Shown: positions 26,605-39,344 of the stretch, piece after piece
Numbering within the stretch: position 1 is the first letter of the stretch
Layout: every line of letters begins with the position of its first letter
From: Octopus sinensis
Lineage: Eukaryota
Length of the DNA stretch: 64,000 nucleotides
NCBI RefSeq assembly: GCF_006345805.1
Contig: NC_043024.1
Coordinates: 1,054,001 to 1,118,000, forward strand
Direction of reading: 5' to 3'
Translations under genes and position numbers: made by a program
The notes under the pieces: model-generated
The model's database searches: none
What the model saw: only the letters and a program-made list of their open reading frames with translations
Told to the model about the DNA's origin: nothing

Positions 26605-27332
26605 GCATACCTACACAAGTGTGCCCTCTCGACTGTGTTTCCTCAAAACTTCCAGAAAAATGGATATTTTGTAATGAAATTTTCTACAAATACACTTCAG
26701 AAGGTGCAGATTTCGATTATATCGGAATTTGTTGGGAAAAGTTTTATCCAAAGGTCGGGGAGAGGAGTTTTGGAAAATTCACACAAGTCGGCTTTGCTTC
26801 CTTATAACTCTCAGAAAAATGGGTATTTTTTAACGAAATTTTTTTCAGATACCTTTGAGATGGTTATAATTTTATCGGAATTTAATGTGAAAAATAAAAG
26901 TTGTTAGGTACTGACATACATCACAATTTATTTTCGAAATTTCATGTTCCATTTTATAGATATATGTGATGTGGGTCAGTATGTATGTGTGCAAGAGTAC
27001 CCCCCTTTTTTTTTTTTTTTTTTCATATTAAACTCTGATACAATCACAGTCTACACATTCTGAAAGGGATTTGAAGAACATTACAGTAAAAAGTATCCAT
27101 TTTTCTAAAAGTTATGTGGAAACAAAGTTGACACGTATACATTTTCCGAAACGTTTCTCTCCAGCCTCGGAAGAAAAAAATTCACATTAAAATCTTATAA
27201 TCATAATCTGCACCATCTGAAGGGTATTCGTAGAAAATTTCATTGAAAAATATCAATTTTTCCGAAAGTTAAAAAGAAACAAAGTTGGTGGGGCACATTT
27301 GTGTAGGTATGTCAGTTTGGGTACCCCTTAAA
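26605..27332. mobile_element. Old MITE-like element with long degenerate inverted arms
   Basis: CATACCTACACAAGTGTGCCC (about 26606) versus GGGCACATTTGTGTAGGTATG (about 27291), with complementarity extending about 250 bp inward. The right end is GGGTACCCC-TTAA (Kolobok-like, inference). Confidence 0.6.
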
Positions 27333-28099
27333 ACTGTGACCCTCTTTTTTAAGATGGTCGTGACTTTGTTGAGAGAAATTTTGCTAGGTTTTGTTATTTA
27401 ACCCCAAGTTAACCTTGATTGAGTAGACCCATAATCAAAGACATTCCTGTCATGGCCACCCATCTCTTTTGGAGGCGTCTCCAACTACATTAATGTATCT
27501 TTTGCTTCTATAAAGGATAGTGATTTAAGGGAGATTCAGCTACTGTTTCTTGTAGTTTGAATGACCATGTAGAGGCTCAGATTTGACTAGTTTGGTGACT
27601 ATGTAGAAAAGGGGTTCCTACCCGGGGTGTGAGATGTTTAAGAGGGTGCAACAAGAAGGCCAACTATTATACTATATTAAAATAGCTCCTTCCGACTTGT
27701 TTCTGCACAACTTACTAGAAAATGTTGTTTTTTTTTAATGAAATTTTTGCAGAGATGTATTTTGGGGCAATCCTTTGATATTCGTACACAGCATTGTTCA
27801 CGCTTATAACCTTCCCACATGACAGAGATTAAGAGGCTTGGTTAAAAAATGAGAGTGAATGACACAACTTGTTACACTGACACTATTTAGACCAATACAG
27901 AAGGAATTCCTAATTAGGTTGATTACATGAAAAGGAAAAAGAAATTACAAGTTCTTATCTGCACCACAAGTCTGCATGAGAAGTTCTCTCGTGGTAAACT
28001 ATTGCAGTATTCTGTGTTCTAACACAGCATTCCCTTTTAGGCGGGGGAAAAAATATTATCCTTTTTTGTATTAATGCTGGTTCCACTGGATGGGTAACG

Positions 28100-28840
28100 C
28101 CAGTGTGCATGCGTGACGAGTGTAAATGGTTTAAGAGGAAAACTGGGGACAAGAAGCATCAGATGTTGTGTGCAAGAGAGGGGACTGAAATGGTTTGGTC
28201 ATGTGATGTGTATGGATGAGGAGAGCTGCATAAAGAAGTGCCAAGCTTTAATTGTGGAGGATATCTGTGGAATAAGGTGGTGAGCTGGCAGAATCGTTAG
28301 CACGCCGGACGAAATGTGTAGCTGAATTTCGTCTGCCATTACGTTCTGAGTTCAAATTCCGCCGAGGTCGACTTTGCCTTTCATCCTTTTGGGGTCGATA
28401 AATCAAGTACCAGTTACGCACTGGGGTCGATCTAAGCGACTTAATCCGTTTTTCTGTCCTTGTTTGACCCCTCTGTGTTTAGCCCCTTGTGGGTAGTAAA
28501 GAAATAGGTATTTCGTCTGCTATGTTCTGAGTTCAAATTCTGCTGAGGTTGACTTTGCCTTTCATCCTTTCAGGATCGATAAATTAAGTACCAGTTACGC
28601 ACTGGGGTCAATGTAATCGACTGAATCCGTTTGTCTCTCCTTGTTTGACCCCTCTGTGTTTAGCCCCTTGTGGGTAGTAAAGAAATAGGTATCTGTGGAA
28701 GGGGTAAACCTAGGAAGACGTGGGGCTAAGTCGTGAGAAAGAATCTTCAGATGTTGGGCTTCATTGAGGAGATGACAAGGGGTTGAGAGATGTGGCAATT
28801 TGCTGTACTTGATGAGACATGTCAAGCCAAGTAAAATGGC
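28100..28840 (+). mobile_element. Degraded RTE ORF end with a nested head-to-tail SINE B dimer (28275-28690)
   Basis: LKWFGHVMCMDEESCIKKC...[SINE]...GRGKPRKTW. TSD TATCTGTGGAA at 28262 and 28690. Confidence 0.85.
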
Positions 28841-28929
28841 TGTCTTCCAGTAAATCAGTAAATTATAAAGTAAAATGATGTTTTTTGTTGTTATTGTTTA
28901 ACTAATACTAAATTGATTTCTTATTTCAG

Positions 28930-29276
28930 ATTGAGAGCTACAAGTGAGAGGCTTCTTTGCAGTCTGATGAGACCATCAAGAATTTAGATATAAAACGGAA
29001 ACCAGATATCCTCAAAGACGAGGCAAAATCTTCTGTGTCTTGTTAACCATACAAATGGAAAATTAAGAAAAATAAAAGAAAAATAGTCAAGACAAAAAGG
29101 AGAGAAAAAATTCATTGAAATAAAAACAAAACCAAAAGAGAAAAAAGGCATTTGCTTTCAACAAATCCTTTGAATTCTGTGAGGGTGGACGAAAGTGCTT
29201 TCGGTAATTCTTGTGATTTTCACATTCTTCTGCGCCAACCCAATGTTATTGGTGAGGAACCATTAATCATTTTCAT
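28930..29276 (+). other. 5' UTR portion of the ATG-containing exon
   Basis: Acceptor ttcttatttcag|ATTG at 28929/28930. About 350 nt of unique, non-repeat sequence runs into the ATG at 29277. Confidence 0.55.
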
Positions 29277-29396
29277 ATGGATGGGTATGCTTCCCAGAGC
29301 CCTGTTGATGGCCCTCCAGGGGTTGATAGGCTCAACCAACACAGACAATATGATAACAGGGTGCCATCAATGCAAGGGCCATATATGGAGAAAAAG
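29277..29396 (+). CDS. Putative first coding exon, MDGYASQSPVDGPPGVDRLNQHRQYDNRVPSMQGPYMEKK (protein family not recognised)
   Basis: catATGG start. 120 nt open frame with normal amino-acid composition, ending exactly at the phase-0 donor AAG|GTAATT and followed by AT-rich intron-like sequence. Confidence 0.7.
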
Positions 29397-29669
29397 GTAA
29401 TTCTTAATTTTGGTTATTATTATTTTGCTTCTTTCATTAGTTTTTGGATGAGGTGGGGGGGGGGGAGGTGGCAGAGTTGTATCATGTGTCAGACAAAATG
29501 CTTAGTAACCTTTCTTCTGACTCTGTACATTCTGAGTTCAAATTCTACCAAAGGCAACTTTTCCTTTCATTCTTTCAGGGTTAATAAAATAAGCTAGCAG
29601 TTGGGTGCAGGGGCTGATGTTATTTACTTGGCCCCTTTTGCTAAAACTGTCAGGCCTTGTGCTTATAGT

Positions 29670-29940
29670 CATCATCATCATCATCGTTTAACGTCCGCTT
29701 TCCATGCTGGCATGGGTTGGACGGTTTGACCAGGGTCTGGGAAGCCAGGAGGCTGCACCAGGCTCCAGTCTGATCTGCAGAGTTTCTACATCTGGATGCC
29801 CTTCCTAACGCCAACCACTCCGAGAGTGTAGTGGGTGCTTTTACGTGCTACCGGCACGAGGGTCAGTCAGGTGGTACTGGCAACAGTCACGCTCAAATGG
29901 TGTTTTTTATGTGCCACCTGCACAGGAGCCAGTCCAGCCC
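29670..29940 (-). mobile_element. RTE 3' UTR fragment
   Basis: (CAT)n-CGTTTAACGTCCGCTTTCCATGCTGGCATGGG signature. Confidence 0.8.
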
Positions 29941-32187
29941 AGCCCAGTCCAGCTGGGCATCCCATCCCCACTCTCCACTCTTTGCATTCGTGTGAAGTCC
30001 CTACACCCTACTCGTGTAACCCTTTGCAATACACAACCATCTGATTTATATTCTGATCCTTGTACCTTAAGGGTATGTCCTGGCACTTTCCCACCATCTC
30101 TTTCTCTCTCTCACTCTCACCCTTCTCTCTCTTGCACTATAACACTCTCACTTTCTTCCACTCTCTCTCTCTCTCTCTTCCTCTCTCTCCCACTGACTTG
30201 GGTAACCATGTACCTCCTCTACAGCAAGACACCTGTTCCTACCCGTCTGTCACACTCTGACTTCTCATCACCTGGCACAAGGTCGCCTCCTCCAATATTC
30301 CCCACCTCAATGGGTCTTTGTCTTACAAAGTTACTTGGTGACCCTGCCAGTGCTGGTGCCACATAAAGAGCATCCAGTCCATGGCATTTGGAAGGGCATC
30401 CAGCTGTTAGAACATGCCAAAACAGACCTCACTGCTGCTGGTACCACGTAAAAAGCATCCAGTGCCACTCTGTAAAGTGGTTGGCGTTAAGAAGGGCAAC
30501 CAACCATGGAAACTATGTCAAAACGGACAGTGAAGCCAGGTGCAGCTCCCTGGTTTGCCAGCTCCTGCCAAACCATCCAACCCATGCCAGCATGGGAAAT
30601 TGGCATTAAATGATGATGATGACGATGACGACGGAGACATACCAACTCAGAAGGGCCAGTTTCCATGGCATAGATATTATTCCCCTGGATGGGATGCCAG
30701 TCTGTCAGAGGATTAACTCATTTTTGCCAGCCGAGTGGACTGGAGCAATGTGAAATGAAGTGCTTTGTTCAAGAACACAATGCATTGCCTGGTCCAGGAA
30801 TTGAAAGTAGTACATCAGGTAAACTACTTAGGAGCAATTCTTCTGGTGCTTTACATTCTGATTTCAAATACTGCTGTGGTCAATTTTGCCTTTTATCCTT
30901 TTGGGATAAAGAAAATAAATACCAGTCATGTTCTGGGGTTAATGTAATTGACTGACTCCCTTCCCCCCACTAAAACTGCTGGCTTTTTGGCAGAATGTGA
31001 AACTTTATTTTTTGTATTACATAAAAAATAACATTGAATTTGGATTCTGTCAGGTGTGAGATGTTGTGTGTCAGAATCTTTCACTCTTTCTTGTTTCAGT
31101 CATTGGATTGCAGCCATGCTGGGGCACTTGAAGGGTTTTAGTTAAAGAAATTGACCCCAAAACTTAATTAAAAAAAAAAATTATTTTTTGAGCCTGATAC
31201 TTATTTTATTGGGCTCTTTTGCTGAACTACTAATTTACAGGGATATAAAGACACCCACACTGGTTGTCAAGAGGTTGTGGGGGACAAAAACAGACTCAGA
31301 GACACACACACACACACACACACACCATCATCATCATCATCATCATCATCAAACATCTGCTTTTTATGCTGCATGGGTTGGACGGTTTAACTGCAAACTA
31401 GTAAGCCAGAGGGCTGCACTTTGTTCCAATCTGATTTGGTAAGGTTTCTATGGCTGGATGCCCTTCCTAACACCAATCAATCTTGGAGTGTAGTGGGTGC
31501 TTTTTACATGCCACCAGCACAGGTACCATTGACCTGACACTGGCATTGACCACGACTACAGTCTCACTTGGCTTCATAGGTCAACACAAGCACGGTATAT
31601 CACCAAGGGTGTTGGTCACCTGTCACTGTCTCCATGAGGCCCAACATGTAAATAATACTTTTTACGTGTCACCAGCATCGGCTACAACTACAAGGTTTTC
31701 ACAAGCACAGCATAACCGTTCAAGAATTTGGACCTGGAGATCTCCACTTCCAGCGACTTCGAGGGCCACCGCCCAGTGGTGTCAGGTGTCAACAAAGTGC
31801 CCTCGACTACAACATGACAACCAAAGTTTTTTTTTTCCCCAAAGTCTGGGTTCTCCCGCCCCTAAGCCCTACACCATCACCTAATCACCCTTACCCCTCT
31901 TGTTGCTTAACAACAACAACAACAGCACAGCATATCATCCAACAACTGAAGGGTGCTTTTAACAGGTCAGTTAAACAACACCGGCATTGACCACATTTAT
32001 GATCCCACTTAGCTTGATGGGTCTTCTCAAGCACAGCATATCTTCAAAGGTCTCATTCGCTTGTCATTGCATCTGTGAGGGCCAACATTCGTAAATCGTG
32101 CTTCATTACCTCATCCCATGTCTTCTTGGGGTTACCTCTCCCACAGGTTCCCTCCCCCATTAGAGTGTGACACTTCACACAGCTGTC

Positions 32188-32218
<31 letters not shown>

Positions 32219-32849
32219 TATCCCTTGGTTCTTAAGTACAAGTTCTGTTCTTGCAAGCATCTCTCGGCCATTTCAGCACATTCAGTTCTTTGCCCATTGT
32301 TTTCCCAACTGGTTGACAAGAGCTTTCAAGTGCAACATAAACTTCCTACTCTAATAAACAAACTCTCAGCTTTCCTCTGTGTGAGTTTCCATTTGGTACC
32401 TTGGCAACTTTTGAAGGTGCATTGCCTGGTGGTTAGTGGGTTGCACTCCCAAACACTAGATCGTGGTTTCAATCCCTAGACCGGGTACTGCATTGGGTTC
32501 TTGAGCAAAACACTTCATCTCACGTTTACTCTGTGATTACTTCAACACCTGATGTGTGGCACACAATGCACCTGTTCAGACAACATCAATTTGATGGAAG
32601 GAGTGAATTAAAATCTTAATCCAGGTGTGTTGATGCATATTCTGTAACGAGTATAAAGCCGAAAGTTTTGTCCACGTAGCTTGGTGGTTAGAGTGTCTAG
32701 CTGAAGATTGTAAGGTCGGGAGTTCAATTCCTGGCGGGGCATCGTATCCTTGAGCAAGACATTTTATTTCATACTCCAGTCCACTCAGCTGGCAAAACTG
32801 TTATACCTGTAATTGAAAGGGCCAGCCTTGTCACACTGTGTCACGATGA

Positions 32850-33520
32850 AACCTTGTGAGTAGATTTGGTAGACGAAAACTGAAAGAAGCCTGTCGTGTA
32901 TATATATATATATCATCATCATCATCGTTTAGCGTCCGTTTTCCACGCTAGCACGGATTGGACGGTTCGACCGGGGTCTGGGAAGCCAGGGGCTGCACCA
33001 GGCTCCAGTCTGATCTGGCAGTGTTTTTACAGCTGGATGCCCTTCCTAACGCCAACCATCTATATATATATAGATATGATAGATCGTTAGCCACTACACA
33101 CATTTTTTTCTCTCTTTGTTTCTCTCCTTGTTTTCTGTGTCCCTTTCTGAAGAAGAGCGTAGGCTCAAAATGTAAAAGACTTTTTCTATTCCTGAGCATT
33201 TATAGTAATACATCTGTTTGTTTTGTACACCACCTGTCTTCGTCTTTTGTTTTTTTCCGTAAGCTCTCCCTATATATATTGTGTGTGTGTGTGTGTGCAC
33301 GCCTGTTTGTCCCCGACTGCTACCTGACAACCAGTGTTGGTGTGTTTACATCCCCATAACTTAGCAGTTCTGCAGAAGAGACCAATAGAAAAAGACCCGG
33401 GTTTAACAAGGAAAAAAAAGAAAAAAAACTGAAGTAAGCACTGGGCTGATCCGTTCAACTAAAAATTCTTGAAGGCGGTGCCCCAGCTTGGTCACAGTTG
33501 AATTACTTGAAACAAGTAAG
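32850..33520 (+). mobile_element. SINE A with nested RTE tail (-) and hammerhead-type element (33085-33270)
   Basis: Head and tail of SINE A are separated by the inserts. The hammerhead remnant CTGAAGA-a-gagc-gtag-gctc-AAAAT-GTA at 33147-33174 has a CpG-decayed GAAAC. Confidence 0.7.
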
Positions 33521-34409
33521 GGTTAGGGTGAGGGTAATTTTTCATAAGTTTGTGTTGACAGCCTGTGATATTTCGGTTTGTTTTCCATATTTTATTATTG
33601 GTGTCAAAGAATGTTGTGCCCAGTGGACTGGGGCTCATCTGCGGCACCCTAGCGTACAACACTCGGTCTCCCATCCATGATGTGCCTACATTAGACACAG
33701 CACTGTTTTCTGATACATTTTAAAGTAGAAGGAAGTGGGTCTTATATGCCTGTAAATATGGTAATTGCAAGCCCTGCCTTAGAAACTACATCTCCCCAAG
33801 CAGCCCCTGATATCAGAGCTGATTTCTAATTACCCTCACTGAAGGGTATTGCTCCTGAGTTACTTTCAGTGCAGAAGGATATTAATGGATTAGCTCCAGC
33901 CGTCTGACTGGGGAAATGATACCGTGGAAAGGCTAGAGTTATCTCCCTTGTTGACGAAAGTCGGTATTAGCCGAGTTTGCCATCAGCGCTCAGCTGGTTG
34001 CATCTTTACAACCTGGCTTGTTCACTGCACTGTTTTTAATATCAGATTTGGGCAGTAATTTTTTTACCTTGATACCTCTTTCAACCAATGGGACCTAAGT
34101 TTACTAATAACTAATAAAAACCCAGCTTTCAAGTCGCGAGGCAGTTGAGGTTTCATCTATATAGATATGTATAACTGATTAGATCTGTGGTTCTTGACCA
34201 GAGTCCATATGGCGGCCCTTGGAGTTCCATACAAGATTTTGTTGTTAAAACTCATGTGCAATAAGTTGGTTATACTTCTACAATGCACAAAATATCTTAA
34301 CAATTTTAAAAATACAATTCCTAAAAAATTTAATTATAAAAAGAAAAGGTGGGCCAAAAGTCACGCACCAAACATTTGCAATTTTATGTTATTGTTATTA
34401 TTATTATTG

Positions 34410-34968
34410 AGTGAGAGAGCAGTGCATGCCATCAAAGAGACACTGGGGTAAAATATACGAAGCCCAATATACCCATCATGACTACCTGTCTGATAAGGGT
34501 ACACCAGGCACATGCATCACAACCATATTTGCGCGACATGGTGATCTCATATCAAGATAAACAGCACATGACCTTGCAGGTGGAGCCCAGTTAGAATTTT
34601 CTTCTGGTCGAGTAACCCATCCCACTCAAAAGGTCCCTGAATAAGGGTTGTTTAAGGATGTTGAAAAAACCACCCATGTTTCCAGAGGTGAATTATTCAA
34701 ACCCCAAAGAATCCCTCTCAACACATGGCTATGATGCCTCCCCCCCACTACTTTTGCTCGTGATCAGAGATGCACATATCGTGAGCCACCAAGGGGCATG
34801 CTCAACTGATTAAGGTCAAACAACTGACAAGCAGATCTGTGGTATTGAGCAGAATATTTGCTGTAAGTTCATCTTTTATACCAAGACAAAACAATATACA
34901 TGATAACACTTCCAATCAGTTAAGATCAGAAGCCATGAGAGCCACTGCCTGGTACTGCTTCAGGGCAC

Positions 34969-34970
<2 letters not shown>
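34410..34970. mobile_element. Element of about 560 bp, non-coding, inserted in a (TTA)n tract
   Basis: Sharp-edged block of mixed composition bounded by (TTA)n on both sides. The family is not identified. Confidence 0.5.
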
Positions 34971-35019
<49 letters not shown>

Positions 35020-35420
35020 TATTATTATTAATTATAATAATAATTTCGTTTGCATTTGTATTCATCATTATTTTATTCGTTTTATTTAATTTTAGAAATA
35101 TTTAAGCATGTCTTTGACAATTCCAGAGTGTATTTGAACTTCCTTTGTGCGTGACTTTTGACCCACCCTGTATAATAGGGTTTTTAAAACATTGAATGGC
35201 TATGAGGGTCCACCCATGTAAAATAGGAATCGAAAGGGACCATAGATAAAAAACAATGGTTGAGAAACACTGGATTAGACACATGCTTTTGTGCTAATAA
35301 GACTCGGAGTGATGAATGCTTCAGTCACAAACTACCCCCTGCTAATACAAACCCTACACCCTGTATTGGCCTCTTTTTTCCTTTTGTATGTACACGTGCA
35401 CCTATATACAATGTCTATAC

Positions 35421-35621
35421 CAGTGGTTTTCAACCAGGGTTCCGCCAGTACAGTCCAGGGGTTCCGCAAGAAGTTACAAAACTGCTAAAATCGGCAGTAA
35501 TTTTTAATTCTCCTGTGCAGATATGTGTGTAAAAGACTATTAAATTATTGCACAGGGGTTCCTCAAGCCAGTGGAATGTTTCCTTGGGGTTCTGCTCCAG
35601 CAAAAAGTTTGAAAAGCACTG
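35421..35621. mobile_element. hAT-type MITE, copy 1
   Basis: TIRs CAGTGGTTTTCAAC / GTTTGAAAAGCACTG, 201 bp. Confidence 0.85.
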
Positions 35622-35866
35622 GGGTTTACACTTTCCACTACCGTTCTTTTTTGGAATTATAAATCTGTTCCTCTCATCTAACCCATCTAGAATCATCCTA
35701 CAGTCTCTCTTCCCTTCTCCTTCAGCTATTGGGATCCCTTTAGGACTTTAGCTTTTCAAGTTATGAAAGGATTCTCACAAGTGCTGGTTCCATGAGAAAA
35801 AACTGCAAAAGGTCACCCAGTACACTGTGTAAGGTGGTTGGTGTTAAGAAGGACATTCATCCATGG

Positions 35867-36067
35867 CAGTGATTTTCAACCAGGGTTCCGCCAGTACAGT
35901 CCAGGGGTTCCGCAAGAAGTTACAAAACTGCTAAAATCGGCAGTAATTTTTAATTCTCCTGTGCAGATATGTGTGCATAAGACTATTAAATTATTGTACA
36001 GGGGTTCCTCGAGCCAGTGGAATGCTTCCTTGGGGTTCCGCTCCAGCAAAAAGTTTGAAAAGCACTG
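35867..36067. mobile_element. hAT-type MITE, copy 2, with a perfect 8-bp TSD
   Basis: Same TIRs as copy 1. ATCCATGG on both sides (35859-35866 and 36068-36075). Confidence 0.92.
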
Positions 36068-36773
36068 ATCCATGGAAACCATTCAAAAGTAGGCATTGGA
36101 GCATGGCACAGTCTTCTGACTTGTTAAATCCTGACTTGCCCATGCTAGAATGGACATCCATACTGAAGCCCCTCACTCTGTATGGAGCGGCACACGAAAC
36201 GATACTAGGTGTGCCGCAGTGTAACCTGAATATAATACACCCCACCTCCATACTTTTAGTTATATTTTTGTTTGGGTGTACCGCCGAATTTTGAAGAGAA
36301 CATAACTGTGCCGCGAGTGAAAACATTTTGGGGAGCCCTGTTGTAGGCAAAATGTTGGCATCTGCGGCATGTGGCACCAAGGGAGATTATCCACATCGTA
36401 TCGGAGTTATTTCCCTTAGTTTCATATCTGCATTAATTTTATGGATGAGAGGGGATATACGTCTGTCACTGGCTGATACAAGTCTATTTTTTAAAAACTT
36501 CAGTCGTTGGTCTGCGGCCTTACTGGAGCACCGCCTCAACGGCTTTTGTCGAACAAATCGTCTTCATTACTTATCCTTCAGTACTTTTTTCATCAGTCTC
36601 TTTTTCCGAACAACTAGTTTGTAAACGTAAACAGTAAATAAACCAACACCGGCTATAATACAGTGGTGAGGGACAAATATAACACAACCACACACACACA
36701 CATGCACGCAGGCACACACATACATGCACACATATATACATACATGCATACACACCACACACACACACACACA

Positions 36774-36965
36774 GACTATGAATTCATATTCATACCAATA
36801 ATAATTGGAGCACTAGGTTTTGTTAGTAAATGCTTAAAGGAGAATCTGGATGAAATGGGATTTTCAGAAAGAGAAATCGACCGGATAATTCGTACGTTAC
36901 AAGTGAGTTACATGTGAGTGGAACAGTAAAAATGTGCAAGACTTTTCTCAATTCCCAAATGTGAA
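36774..36965 (+). mobile_element. RLE-type (R4/Dong-like) LINE C-terminal fragment
   Basis: DYEFIFIPIIIGALGFVSKCLKENL... contains the PIxIGALG motif found downstream of the restriction-like endonuclease. Confidence 0.65.
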
Positions 36966-38055
36966 TTTGTCTGTGTTAACTGCATCCCAAGATGGAGCCT
37001 TGTATCTTTGTTGGAAACGGGTTCCCTCCTCAGTGTTAATGCTGTTCCTCCTGATGAAGGGTATTGGCCCTGCAAGAGTCCTATGTTGGTGCCATGTAGA
37101 AAGCACCTGTTGCAGCACCATCCGATGGCTCCTGTGCTGGTACCCCATCTGTGGCAGTGTCGCATTAAAAGCACCCAGCACACACAGTAAAGGGTTTGGC
37201 ATTAGGAAGGGCATCCAGCTGTAGAAAGCAGCTCCAATCAGACTGGAACCTGGTGCAGCTCCCCAGCTGGCCAGCTCTGGTCAAACTGTGCAACCCATGC
37301 CAGCATGGACAATGGACATTAAACAATGATGGTGATGATGATGATAGGTACATGGCGGTAATACTTTTCTGCATTGAGAGATCAGAGCTCTGGTTCAAGA
37401 GACATGTGATTAGAATGTTGCAGGATAGAATTCCAAGACGGGTTCTTCAAGGTGAGTCATCTGGCAGGAGACTTAAAGGTAAGACTGAGACCGAAACGGT
37501 TGGGTAACAGCCATTGCCTCAGTTTGGTGACGCTTGGGAATCCAGCAGGAAGATTTAATGCCAGTTGGTAATGATGATGATATATGCATGAATGTATATA
37601 TGGATGTGGTGTTGGTGGTGGTGGTGGGGGGGGTTGTGCCTTCTTGCTGTGACCATTGTATAATAGTTGTAAAAGAACGTCTCCATCATGTTAGCAGTTT
37701 CCTTTGTTTCCGACGTACCATGAAAACACATTTAATCAAGGGGAGAACATGACCCCCATAGAAAAGGGTGAGGGTTGACAACAGCAAGGGCATTTGGCCA
37801 CAGACAATCTGCCTCACTTAGCTGCATTTGACCAATTGCGAGCGTGGAAAATTGGGTGTTTATACAAAGATGATGAGGAGGAGGATGATGAAGATAAATA
37901 CATTTATATGATGATGAAGACATAAATATGTTGTATTTGCATGTGAATGGATGGAAATATAGATAATGATGACATGTATGTGTGTATTATATATATATAT
38001 ATAATATATATATATATATATACATACATATATACATATACATATATAAATATGT

Positions 38056-38086
<31 letters not shown>

Positions 38087-38318
38087 CATACATATGTATA
38101 TGTATATATATATACATACTATATATGTATATATATGTATATATATATATATATATACAATATATATAGGGTATATATATGTATATATATATGATATTAT
38201 ATATATATATATACATATTATATATGTATATATATAATAATAAATATTAGGGAATATATCCAAATTTACAGGGAAAAAAATCAGATTTAGGATTAAATCC
38301 AATTTTATAGTAAAATTT

Positions 38319-38633
38319 ATAAAATATTATTGAGACAAAACCACTATTTTGCAAAACAAACAAGGAAAGACTTAATCAATACATAAAATTAATAAATAGT
38401 CAAAAAAACCGCCACTACAATCGTTTCTTGTCTTGATCGACAATCTTCAGGTGGACTTCCAAATTCAGTTACAAATTATAATTGTAACATTGGAAGTCCA
38501 CCTGAAGATTGTCGATCAAGACAAGAAACGATTGTAGTGGCGGTTTTTTTGACTATTTATTAAATTTTATGTATGATTAAGTCTTTCCTTGTTTGTTTTG
38601 CAAAATAGTGGTTTTGTCTAAATAATATTTTAT
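38319..38633. repeat. Fold-back of about 315 bp (arms about 140 bp) in (TA)n, with a hammerhead in each arm
   Basis: 38319-38462 is the near-perfect reverse complement of 38490-38633. Confidence 0.92.
38498..38540 (+). ncRNA. Minimal type-I hammerhead ribozyme motif (mirror copy on - at 38412-38454)
   Basis: ccac-CTGAAGA-ttgtc-gatcaa-gacaa-GAAAC-gatt-GTA-gtgg. Stems I and II pair, the core is intact, and the cleavage triplet is GUA. Confidence 0.75.
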
Positions 38634-38659
38634 ATGTATATATATATATGTTATATATG

Positions 38660-38690
<31 letters not shown>

Positions 38691-39010
38691 GTATATATAT
38701 ATGTATATATATATATGTATATATATATATGTATATATATATATGTATATATATATATGTATATATATATGTATATATATATATGAATATATATGTATAT
38801 ATATATATGTATATATATATGAATATATATATGTATATATATATGTATATATATATGAATATATATATGTATATATGTATATATATATGTATATATATGT
38901 ATATATATATGTATATATATGTATATATGCATACACACATACATTTACGTATATGCATATACATATGTGTGTGTGTCTGTGTGTATGTATGTGTATATAT
39001 ATATATATAC

Positions 39011-39065
<55 letters not shown>

Positions 39066-39078
39066 ACTAGTGTGTATA

Positions 39079-39134
<56 letters not shown>

Positions 39135-39313
39135 GGTGTTATATATATATATGTATATAAACACACACATGTATATATATATATATATATTATACACATA
39201 CATACACACAGACACACACAAACATATGTATATATATATACATATATGTGTACATACATGCTTGTGTGTGTATATGTATGTATGCATATACGTAAATGTA
39301 TGTTTGTGTATGC

Positions 39314-39344
<31 letters not shown>

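Noticed and set aside
28963-29005. CTGATGAG...GGAAAC as a hammerhead in the 5' UTR exon
   Set aside because: There is no complementary stem II or stem I.
36163-36215. CTGAAG...CGAAAC as a hammerhead
   Set aside because: The core is not CUGANGA. The region looks like a hAT MITE remnant ending TTTTGGGGAGCCCTG.
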